A stretch of 64,000 nt of DNA from a virus: positions 26,936 through 90,935 of the IMG/VR virus record IMGVR_UViG_3300035698_010466; one strand, 5' to 3'. Positions 1-7,014 of the stretch are shown piece after piece. Position 1 is the stretch's first letter; each line of letters opens with the position of its first letter. Under the pieces are notes generated by a model. It did no database searches. It was not told the origin of the DNA and saw only the letters and a program-made list of their open reading frames with translations. A program made the position numbers and the translations under genes.

Positions 1-132
1 CTGTAATGGAATTTGCTGAGATCAATAACTCAGTTCAAAAATAATTGGAATGTTCGGTATTCCGAACTAAACTTGTAAACGAATCTAATATATCAAATGA
101 GCAAGACGCGGGTTCAACTCCCGCCTGCTCCC
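1..132 (+). ncRNA. ssrA: tmRNA, 3' portion (5' part outside window)
   Basis: Typical tmRNA 3' end: TAAACTTGTAAACG ... GAC-GCGGG-TTCAACT-CCCGC-CTGCTCC (T-arm plus Ala-like acceptor strand). Confidence 0.85.
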
Positions 133-182
133 TCATAATATTTCTGCTCTTATTTATGAATATATAAAATAAATTATATTTA

Positions 183-1079
183 ATGAAAAGAGCTGATAAA
201 AGGAAGTATCATTACATATATAAAACAACATGTACAATTACAAAAAAGTTTTATATTGGATTGCATTCCACTGATAATCTTGATGATGGTTATAAAGGAT
301 CAGGTCGACAGCTTTGGAACTCAATTAATCAGCATGGCAAAGAAAATCATATAACTGAAATTTTAGAATATTTACCTGATAGAAAAAGTCTATCTAATAG
401 AGAACGTGAAATTGTTAATAAAAATCTTTTACGAGATAATATGTGTATGAATTTAACTTTAGGCGGTGGAGACATAAATGCACCATATCATGTAACAATT
501 AAAGATAAAGATGGAAATACATTTAGAACACCAGTTAATGACCCAAGATATTTATCTGGAGAATTAGTTGTATTAGCAAACGGAAAAGTTACTGTTAAAG
601 ATAAAAATGGAAAAACTTTTAGAACTAGTCTTAGTGACCCAAGATATTTATCTGGAGAACTAGTTCCAGTTGCTAAAGGATTTGTTAATGTTAAAGATAA
701 AAATGGGAATGGATATAGGGTATTAATCAGTGACCCAAGATATTTATCTGGAGAATTAGTAGGTGTCACTAAAAATAAAGTAACAGTTAAAGATAAAGAT
801 GGAAATATATACAGTGTATCAGTTAATGATTCAAGATATTTATCTGGAGAATTAATTCCTATATGGGTTGGTAAAAGTCATTCTTTAAGAACTAAGAATA
901 AAATAAGTAAAACTAAAAAAGGTACACAAACAGGTTCAGCAAATTCTCAATTTGGCACATGTTGGATTTATAACATAAAATTAGATGAAACTATTAAAAT
1001 AAAAAAAACAAAATTATCTGATTATCTTAATAATGGTTGGATAAGAGGTAGAATAAAAAATAAAAAATATTATATATGA
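183..1079 (+). CDS. GIY-YIG (Seg-like) homing endonuclease with four ~32-aa internal repeats and NUMOD3-like motif
   Basis: HYIYKTT...FYIGLHST...YKGSG N-terminus; VKDKDGN...DPRYLSGELV repeated 4 times (96-nt period). Confidence 0.8.
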   Translation: MKRADKRKYHYIYKTTCTITKKFYIGLHSTDNLDDGYKGSGRQLWNSINQHGKENHITEILEYLPDRKSLSNREREIVNKNLLRDNMCMNLTLGGGDINAPYHVTIKDKDGNTFRTPVNDPRYLSGELVVLANGKVTVKDKNGKTFRTSLSDPRYLSGELVPVAKGFVNVKDKNGNGYRVLISDPRYLSGELVGVTKNKVTVKDKDGNIYSVSVNDSRYLSGELIPIWVGKSHSLRTKNKISKTKKGTQTGSANSQFGTCWIYNIKLDETIKIKKTKLSDYLNNGWIRGRIKNKKYYI

Positions 1080-1255
1080 AACATTTTAATAAATCAATAT
1101 CAGCTATAATAGCTGGTGAAAAATGTCCTTTACCAATTGGTATTATACCTGATCAAATGGGTATTAATTTATGTTCAGTTGAAAGCATATCATGGGATGA
1201 ACTTAATGACGGGCAAATAGATAAGCTGACAATTAATTTTATTCCACTAAAATAA
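1076..1255 (+). CDS. small hypothetical protein (59 aa, below ORF-track cutoff)
   Basis: ATGA overlap with upstream gene; open frame MKHFNKSISAIIAGEKCPLPIGIIPDQMG...FIPLK. Confidence 0.6.
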   Translation: MKHFNKSISAIIAGEKCPLPIGIIPDQMGINLCSVESISWDELNDGQIDKLTINFIPLK

Positions 1256-1280
1256 ATTTAAAAAATATTATATTTTATGT

Positions 1281-1311
1281 GAAACAAACACATCATCTGT
1301 ATATATAAATA
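1281..1311 (+). promoter_or_regulatory. putative middle-class promoter (AAAC-N16/17-RTATAA) of the leader peptide
   Basis: GAAAC-17 nt-ATATAA; same spacing at 10375, 13631, 28503, 36465, 41878, 57771; also contains TATAAATA. Confidence 0.55.
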
Positions 1312-1327
1312 ACAAATAATAATATTA

Positions 1328-1432
1328 ATGCAACGAAGTTTACAAACATATTGGACGAGTATACATACTGAGATTAAGGAATCACAGATGGTAGATCCGT
1401 TTGCACTTGGCTGTAATTTAGGGAGAACTTGA
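1328..1432 (+). CDS. putative attenuator leader peptide, 34 aa, containing all 20 amino acids
   Basis: MQRSLQTYWTSIHTEIKESQMVDPFALGCNLGRT*; 29 distinct codons in 34; lies between a promoter and a terminator upstream of the tRNA array. Confidence 0.8.
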   Translation: MQRSLQTYWTSIHTEIKESQMVDPFALGCNLGRT

Positions 1433-1453
1433 TAATTTTTAACACGAATATAC

Positions 1454-1490
1454 AAGGCCTCCTAGTTATTCTGGGAGGCTTTTTTAGTTT
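1454..1490 (+). terminator. intrinsic terminator (attenuator) with competing antiterminator
   Basis: Stem AAGGCCTCCTAG/CTGGGAGGCTTT, loop TTATT, U-tract; the 5' arm can instead pair with 1418-1431 (TTAGGGAGAACTTG). Confidence 0.8.
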
Positions 1491-1502
1491 AACTGCTTCG
1501 AA

Positions 1503-1910
1503 AAAAAAATGAGGGTTTAGAGAAAAAGTTTCATAAATATTTTTTATTCCCAATAAAATTGATTATATTTAATTATAATTAAAAACGGTAAAATTAAACA
1601 CTGTTATAAACGTTCTTTAAAAAAATGAGGGAAATAAGAAAAAAGTTTCATAAAAATTTTTTATTCCCAATTTAATTGATTATATTTAATTATAATTAAA
1701 AACGGTAAAATTAAACACCGTAACAAACGTTCTTTAAAAAAAATGAGGGAATTAAGAAAAAAGTTTCATAAAAATTTTTTATTCCCAATTTAATTGATTA
1801 TATTTATATTGTAATTAATTCAAACTATTACAAATGTGAAATTAAAGTTTCAAGAAAAAAGTTTCGAGAAAATTTCAAATCGCAAAAACTTTATTACATT
1901 CGTACTGAAA
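1503..1910 (+). repeat. three ~117-bp tandem repeats plus a degenerate fourth; each carries an early-promoter motif
   Basis: Units start ATGAGGG at 1509, 1625, 1743; the core TTTTATTCCCAAT...TTGATTATATTTAATTATAATT recurs at 8751, 47657, 50285, 51444. Confidence 0.85.
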
Positions 1911-1930
1911 TTGATTACTTTTATAATACC

Positions 1931-1941
1931 GCTCTTTGACA
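1931..1941 (+). promoter_or_regulatory. boxA-like antitermination element
   Basis: GCTCTTTGACA resembles rrn boxA; related CGTTCTTTAAAA at ~1611 and ~1728. Confidence 0.6.
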
Positions 1942-2160
1942 TATTGGATGATATCAAATAAACACCTCCTCGTGGTGATATTGGATACGATTGAAAATAA
2001 TTCGACTAATTATCTTATGACGATAAATCTAACTAAGTTTATTATTTCCGGAAGGAATGAGGCAATATAGAATTAGCCGTTTGTTAAGGCTAGGAGCATA
2101 CCATAACTCAAGCATTTAAGTCATTAACTGATGCAAATATTGTAACGGAACTGCAGTTCC

Positions 2161-2220
2161 AATCTGGCCAGGGTGAAAGCGCGACTATCGCAAGCATAAG
2201 GTTCGACTCCTTACAGATTA
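2161..2220 (+). ncRNA. miniature tRNA-like RNA (acceptor stem and T-arm, reduced D and anticodon arms)
   Basis: AATCTG/CAGATT stem; TAAGG-TTCGACT-CCTTA T-arm; only 60 nt. Confidence 0.5.
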
Positions 2221-2232
2221 TTTTAATTATAT

Positions 2233-2304
2233 TGATCCATGGTGTAATCGGTAACACATAACACTTTGAATGTTAAGTACCAGGTTCAAATCCTGGTGGA
2301 CCAA
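2233..2304 (+). tRNA. tRNA-Gln(TTG)
   Basis: Cloverleaf; anticodon arm TAACA-CTTTGAA-TGTTA. Confidence 0.9.
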
Positions 2305-2383
2305 CTGAGTATCTAGATTTTTGTTTGCAAGCCCTTATTGTTACAATCGGCCGATACTAATGATAAGGAATCGAAAATACTTT

Positions 2384-2454
2384 CGCGATATAGTATAGTG
2401 GTAGTACATTGGCGTTCGAAGCTGGTGGCTCAGGTTCGATTCCTGATATCGCAA
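2384..2454 (+). tRNA. atypical tRNA, Pro/fMet-like body, nominal anticodon TCG
   Basis: Good acceptor, D and T arms; anticodon stem mostly G-U pairs with loop GTTCGAA. Confidence 0.55.
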
Positions 2455-2471
2455 CTATTGTAACTAAACAT

Positions 2472-2545
2472 GGCCCTTTCGTCTAATAGGCTAGGACACA
2501 TCTCTTTCAAGGATGAAACGCACGGATCGTAACCGGCAGGGGTCA
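2472..2545 (+). tRNA. tRNA-Glu(TTC)
   Basis: CATCT-CTTTCAA-GGATG; T-loop variant ATCGTAA. Confidence 0.85.
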
Positions 2546-2610
2546 CTAAATTAATCTGATGCCGTATAAAATATCGGTAGTATCTGAGGCTAGGATTAAT
2601 TTTTAAACAT

Positions 2611-2683
2611 GGATTAGTAGCTCAAATGGTAGAGCGCCGGTGTGAAGTACCGGAGGTAGGTGGATCGTTACCACCCTATTCCA
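2611..2683 (+). tRNA. tRNA-Phe(GAA)
   Basis: CCGGT-GTGAAGT-ACCGG; T-loop ATCGTTA. Confidence 0.85.
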
Positions 2684-2909
2684 CTGCATTGATTACCGGC
2701 TACAATCATCGGTCCTTTACCCTAAATTGTTAGGGAAATAACCAAAATGGGCAAACCGGGAAGCTTTCGTAAACGTATCCAAACCCTCAGTAGGGGATAC
2801 CGAAAAGAAATAAATTGTATAAGAAGCGAAAAATGGTCAACTCGAGATAAGGCCAGAGTATTGTATGAAAAAATATCCGTAAGGAGAATAACGAAGGGGT
2901 TTTTATAAT

Positions 2910-2991
2910 GGGTACGGAAAGTCATTTCGGATATGACAATCGGTCTGTAACACCGATCCTTTGGGGCGTGGTTCGAGTCCACCCGGATCCA
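2910..2991 (+). tRNA. tRNA-Tyr(GTA)
   Basis: TCGGT-CTGTAAC-ACCGA; variable arm; TTCGAGT T-loop. Confidence 0.85.
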
Positions 2992-3179
2992 CTAAAATCA
3001 TGGAGTATCGAAGATAACGTAGAAGCGGTAGGATTAATTTGCAAGAAGGCCTACAACGTTTGCAAACTCAAATTGATTTTAACTTTTAAATGATTTTAAA
3101 AAATCTGTGCTAATAATAACATGTAAAAAATTAGAACAGTTTCCTCGGGCAAGGTCTATGGAAATATTTAAAAGTCAAT

Positions 3180-3253
3180 ACTCTCGAAGCTCAAGTGAAA
3201 GTAGCTACGCTCTTTTAAAGCGAAGGTTGCAGGTTTGATCCCTGCGGGGAGTA
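3180..3253 (+). tRNA. tRNA-Lys(TTT), divergent
   Basis: CGCT-CTTTTAA-AGCG; D-loop lacks GG; T-loop TTTGATC. Confidence 0.7.
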
Positions 3254-3260
3254 CAAAAAA

Positions 3261-3346
3261 TTGGAAGTGATGAAATTGGCAAACATACTTCCCCAAGAGG
3301 GAAGTGGAAATATATTTCCGTAGTGGTTCGAGTCCACTCTTCCAAT
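3261..3346 (+). tRNA. atypical class II Leu-like tRNA (nominal AAG, C33)
   Basis: TTGGAAG/CTTCCAA acceptor; long variable arm; loop CCAAGAG lacks U33. Confidence 0.6.
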
Positions 3347-3555
3347 CAAATAAAATTAGTAAAGAAATCTAAATCTTGGATGGATACATCAATGTAGATT
3401 GGCAAGGATATTAATTTTATCAATAAGTAGCCGAAAGGTGTAGATAAACTAATGCATGATACGAGTACAGGGAACCAGCCCAATGACTCTACTTATGAAC
3501 TTATCGCTAATAGGTTTCCACCTTGGGAAGCGTTAAATATTCCTAAACGGACCAC

Positions 3556-3625
3556 GTCTGCGTAGTGTAATGGCTAGCATATCTGACTGTCTATCAGAAG
3601 GAGGGGTTCGAATCCCACGTCGACG
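3556..3625 (+). tRNA. tRNA-Asp(GTC)
   Basis: TCTGA-CTGTCTA-TCAGA; G73. Confidence 0.8.
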
Positions 3626-3705
3626 GCTAAGTTAATAGTAAACGCACCTAACGATTCTGAAAAGAACCGCGGACAAAATTCTTAGGTCTATTAACATTTT
3701 TAAAT

Positions 3706-3780
3706 ACCTTTGTAGGCCTCTTGGTGAGGAACTAGGCTGTCAACCTAGTAAGACAAACGGATCGTAACCGTTCAGGGGTG
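3706..3780 (+). tRNA. tRNA-Asp(GTC), second copy
   Basis: CTAGG-CTGTCAA-CCTAG; G73; T-loop ATCGTAA. Confidence 0.85.
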
Positions 3781-3785
3781 CAAAT

Positions 3786-3870
3786 GTTTCTATAGTTTAA
3801 TATTCGGAGTTAACCCTCCAGAAAAACACGGACTAGTACGAGCTTTAGGTTTGAAATCCTAATAGAGACA
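3786..3870 (+). ncRNA. tRNA-like RNA with a hairpin inserted in the D-loop and a collapsed anticodon arm
   Basis: GTTTCTA/TAGAGAC acceptor; GGAG-TTAACC-CTCC insert; TTAGG/CCTAA T-stem. Confidence 0.5.
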
Positions 3871-3877
3871 CAAATAC

Positions 3878-4022
3878 CATTCTATAGTGTAAGACTAGGA
3901 ACAAGTATTTAAGATAAGTATTCGACAAAGATCTATCGAAAAAAGGCTTAAAGAAAATTCTGTACTAGAACACAACCCTCATGGGGAGGGTAGATACAGT
4001 ATCAAATCTGTTAGAATGACCA
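3878..4022 (+). ncRNA. tRNA-Pro(TGG)-like RNA with ~70-nt structured insertion in the D-loop
   Basis: CATTCTA/TAGAATG-A-CCA; D-stem GTGT...ACAC encloses a CTAG...CTAG domain; ACCCT-CATGGGG-AGGGT arm. Confidence 0.6.
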
Positions 4023-4023
4023 T

Positions 4024-4099
4024 CGGGTGGTAGAGGAGTCAGGTTTATCTCGGTATCTTTGGACGATACAGCACGCAGGTTCAAATCCTGCTCACCCGA
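4024..4099 (+). tRNA. tRNA-Pro(TGG)
   Basis: GTATC-TTTGGAC-GATAC; C1-G72, A73. Confidence 0.9.
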
Positions 4100-4206
4100 C
4101 GACGGAGTTTTAATATTTTATTTTCTTCAAGTAAAGAAATTTTAAGTAGTCCTAGACAAAAGAAATTTTAAATAAAATGATATGACTGATGGAGAGACAT
4201 CAATAT

Positions 4207-4282
4207 CTGGTGGTAGAGGAGTCAGGTTTATCTCGGTATCTTTGGACGATACAGCACGCAGGTTCGAATCCTGCCTATCAGA
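4207..4282 (+). tRNA. tRNA-Pro(TGG), near-identical duplicate
   Basis: Same body as 4024-4099 with compensatory acceptor-stem changes. Confidence 0.9.
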
Positions 4283-4283
4283 C

Positions 4284-4550
4284 AATTATATTAAGTTGAA
4301 AATCTAACATTGTATTATGTTATACTAAATACCTTGGTACAACATATTAAGAATTGGTATTTTATTACAATTTCAAAACCTATGAATACGTTAGATTGAT
4401 TGATGATACTATAAAAGATTCCCCAATATACCAATGGTTTCAACAGTTGCGGGGTGCGAGAAGTGTCGATACGGATTTATAACCTGTATAAATAACCTGA
4501 CAGTCAACTTGGACTATTATTGTTTCATAGAGGTATGGCTTAATATAATT
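4284..4550 (+). ncRNA. candidate ~265-nt structured RNA, family unknown
   Basis: 14-bp closing stem AATTATATTAAGTT/GGCTTAATATAATT; internal AATCTAAC/GTTAGATT helix; no ORF. Confidence 0.6.
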
Positions 4551-4647
4551 TTTTAAAATTATCACAGTGGGCTGTTAATTAAAATGTTTAAAAAATATAT
4601 AGATGAATTTAATCCTTTACCAGGTATTAAATACTCAATAAATTAAT

Positions 4648-4735
4648 TCTAAGGTTGCCGTAGTTGGTCGAACGGTCCAGACTGTTAATCTGGTGAGTGT
4701 AAACTCCATCGTAGGTTCGAATCCTCCCCTTAGAG
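4648..4735 (+). tRNA. tRNA-Asn(GTT) with long variable arm
   Basis: CCAGA-CTGTTAA-TCTGG; GAGT-GTAA-ACTC variable hairpin; G73. Confidence 0.85.
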
Positions 4736-4771
4736 CGCAAATAGAAATCTTTAAAGATTTCAAAAATATAT

Positions 4772-4847
4772 TGCGGGATGGTAGCAGATGGTTTAGCTCA
4801 CCGGGCTCATAACCCGGAGGTCGGGGGTTCAAGTCCCTCTCCCGCAA
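4772..4847 (+). tRNA. tRNA-fMet(CAT)
   Basis: CCGGG-CTCATAA-CCCGG (three G-C pairs); T1-A72. Confidence 0.9.
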
Positions 4848-4918
4848 CTTTAAACATTTCTGACACATTAATGAATTTATATGTTGTGCGTATTGTTAAA
4901 TCAGACAAGCTATAATGC

Positions 4919-5071
4919 TGTTTAGGGATAGTTTTATAGTATACATACTAATTTTCTGGTCTCCCTAAGATTAGAAAATGTTAACGTGGTTTTATAATAT
5001 ACTTGGAAAGTTAAAGAGCGGACATAGATCCGTAAACTTTAACGATATAGGGTTCGAGTCCCTTGTGGAAC
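4919..5071 (+). ncRNA. expanded tRNA-like RNA (T-arm retained, D and anticodon arms replaced by long hairpins)
   Basis: AGGG-TTCGAGT-CCCT near the 3' end; AGTATA/TATACT and GTTAAAG/CTTTAAC helices. Confidence 0.45.
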
Positions 5072-5083
5072 ACTATTTAATAC

Positions 5084-5157
5084 GGGTCTTTAGCTTAGTA
5101 GGTTAAAGCAGTTGACTCATAATCAAAAGATCGCAGGTTCGATTCCTGCAAGGCCCA
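5084..5157 (+). tRNA. tRNA-Ile2(CAT, lysidine type)
   Basis: GGGTCTT/AAGGCCC acceptor typical of Ile2; TTGA-CTCATAA-TCAA. Confidence 0.8.
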
Positions 5158-5160
5158 CTT

Positions 5161-5334
5161 AATTCTTACATAAGGTACATTAGCAGTACTGAAAGAACTC
5201 TTAACTCTCACAGGATCGCAACCTTTAATGAGAGCTTTAAATGGCTTAAGAGATAATGTTGGAGTCCCTGCTCTATCATGCATGGTAACAGGTTATAGGG
5301 AACAAACTATAGGTAAAAACTCGACAGAAGAATT
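5161..5334 (+). ncRNA. candidate ~175-nt structured RNA, family unknown
   Basis: AATTCTT/AAGAATT closing stem; CTCTTAA/TTAAGAG and CTCTCA/TGAGAG helices; fills a tRNA spacer exactly. Confidence 0.5.
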
Positions 5335-5338
5335 ATAT

Positions 5339-5423
5339 GGAAGGCATCCGGAAGGCATGAGGAGCTGCTCTTGAAAAGCAGTAATGGGTAAGACCATCGG
5401 GGGTTCGAATCCGCCGTCTTCCT
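5339..5423 (+). tRNA. tRNA-Ser(TGA)
   Basis: CTGCT-CTTGAAA-AGCAG; long variable arm. Confidence 0.9.
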
Positions 5424-5599
5424 CAAACATTTTTAAAGTTATAAGCTAGTAAGGTCTGGGCGAATGGACACCAGGTTACCCCAATAGACAGATTTTAAAA
5501 ATGGGAATATTATCTTACATTCAGCTCTAATATTCTAAGTACATCAGAGGTTCAATTGGGAACACTTAAATGTTGAATTCAAAACTCACTCTGATAAAC

Positions 5600-5673
5600 G
5601 CGAGTAACGCATAAATGGTGGTGCACCTGCCTTCCAAGCAGGAACAGAGTCGGTTCGATTCCGACTATTCGCT
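5600..5673 (+). tRNA. tRNA-Gly(TCC)
   Basis: CCTGC-CTTCCAA-GCAGG; U73. Confidence 0.9.
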
Positions 5674-5683
5674 CAAATTCATA

Positions 5684-5825
5684 AGGTTTCTTACAGCAAC
5701 TAACTACTTTAAATCTGCTGCCTTAAATGGCTTACGTGGTTCGAACCCCGTTGCTCCCACTATTAAATTATCACATGGGAGTATGATGGAACTGGAAAAC
5801 ATGGCGGATGTAAAATAGAAACCTG
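5684..5825 (+). ncRNA. ACAGCAA-scaffold RNA carrying a circularly permuted tRNA-Leu-like body (Y RNA/YrlA-like topology)
   Basis: AGGTTTC-TTACAGCAA...GAAACCT-G closure; tRNA 3' half (V-arm, TTCGAAC loop, TGCTCCCA) precedes the 5' half (GGGAGTA, D-arm, GCGGAT). Confidence 0.7.
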
Positions 5826-5837
5826 GAATTTATTTAA

Positions 5838-5897
5838 AGGATGCTTACAGCAAATTAAACCAAATCAAACTTGAAAATTGAAAAACCATGCATCCTG
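5838..5897 (+). ncRNA. ACAGCAA-scaffold RNA displaying a Ser(UGA) anticodon loop
   Basis: AGGATGC-TTACAGCAA...TCAA(A)-CTTGAAA-(A)TTGA...GCATCCT-G. Confidence 0.65.
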
Positions 5898-5915
5898 AAT
5901 TTTTACTTACTACAT

Positions 5916-5988
5916 GGGGAATTGGTGAAATTGGCTATCACAAGACTCTTGCAAAGTCTAGTTTCCGAATCGTACTCGGAATTCTCCA
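5916..5988 (+). tRNA. tRNA-Ala(TGC)
   Basis: AGACT-CTTGCAA-AGTCT; G3-U70. Confidence 0.85.
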
Positions 5989-6036
5989 CTATTATCGGTT
6001 CAATTTATTGTGACTCCATGAATATATAAAATAAAA

Positions 6037-6819
6037 ATGGATATAAAGTATATTTGTAAAGAATGCAATATTGAATTTAAAACATTTCAAGATAAAGCTA
6101 ATCATGTTAGATGGAAACATAAAGATAATTCAAATTATTTAATAAAGGCAAGTGAATCTGCTAAAAAAGCTTGGACTAAAAAATTAGGGAAATGGGTAGA
6201 TGAAACTACTGAATGTTACATATGTAAAACTATATTTGATATTAGATATAGAGAAGGAAAGAAAAAAAATAAATATTTTTGTTCAAGATCATGCGCAAAT
6301 AGTAGAATTATTACTAAAAAAACTAGAGATAAAATATCTAAATCGTTAATCGGTAAACCTTCTCCACGTATTCATTTGAACATTAAAAAAGTTTGTGGTC
6401 AATGTAATTGTGAATTTGAAGTACGTGCTACAAGAAGAAATCAAAAGTTTTGTTCTATAGAATGTTCGAATAAATTTAGAAAAAAAACTAGGTCAGAATT
6501 TGCAAATTATAAATCTGAATGTAGATTTAATTTTAATTTAGCTGATTACCCTGATGAATTTGATTTTACTTTAATAGAAAATTTTGGTTGGTATAAAGCT
6601 GCAAATAGAGGAAATAATTTAAACGGTATTAGCAGAGATCATATGATAAGTGTTAAATATGGATATGAACATAATATCGATTCAAAATTTATTAGTCATC
6701 CTGCAAATTGTAAATTAATGAGGCATAATGATAATGTAAGTAAATATACAAAATGTTCTATTTCTCTAACAGAATTATTAAATAAAATAGAATATTGGAA
6801 TAAAACATATAAAAAATAA
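6037..6819 (+). CDS. zinc-finger HNH-like putative homing endonuclease
   Basis: Multiple CxxC and FCSxxC motifs; C-terminal SRDHMIS...HPANCKLM..N. Confidence 0.7.
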   Translation: MDIKYICKECNIEFKTFQDKANHVRWKHKDNSNYLIKASESAKKAWTKKLGKWVDETTECYICKTIFDIRYREGKKKNKYFCSRSCANSRIITKKTRDKISKSLIGKPSPRIHLNIKKVCGQCNCEFEVRATRRNQKFCSIECSNKFRKKTRSEFANYKSECRFNFNLADYPDEFDFTLIENFGWYKAANRGNNLNGISRDHMISVKYGYEHNIDSKFISHPANCKLMRHNDNVSKYTKCSISLTELLNKIEYWNKTYKK

Positions 6820-6838
6820 TAAAAGATTATTTTTAATT

Positions 6839-6914
6839 GCGATAATAGCTCAGTTGGTAGAGCATTAGGTTGCCAATCTAAAGGTCGTGGGTTCGAATCC
6901 CATTTATCGCTCCA
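6839..6914 (+). tRNA. tRNA-Gly(GCC)
   Basis: TTAGG-TTGCCAA-TCTAA; encoded CCA. Confidence 0.95.
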
Positions 6915-6917
6915 AAC

Positions 6918-6991
6918 GCTTCCATAGTTTAGAAGGCAGAAAACCCCGGATTTGTAACCCGGAAAACTCAGTTCGATCCTGAGTGGGAGCT
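6918..6991 (+). tRNA. tRNA-Thr(TGT)
   Basis: CCGG(A)-TTTGTAA-(C)CCGG. Confidence 0.85.
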
Positions 6992-7014
6992 CTCAAATAA
7001 ATCAAAAATAGTAT

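Noticed and set aside
1503-1830. Tandem repeats as a CRISPR array
   Set aside because: Whole ~117-bp units repeat without unique spacers, and the core recurs singly upstream of genes like a promoter
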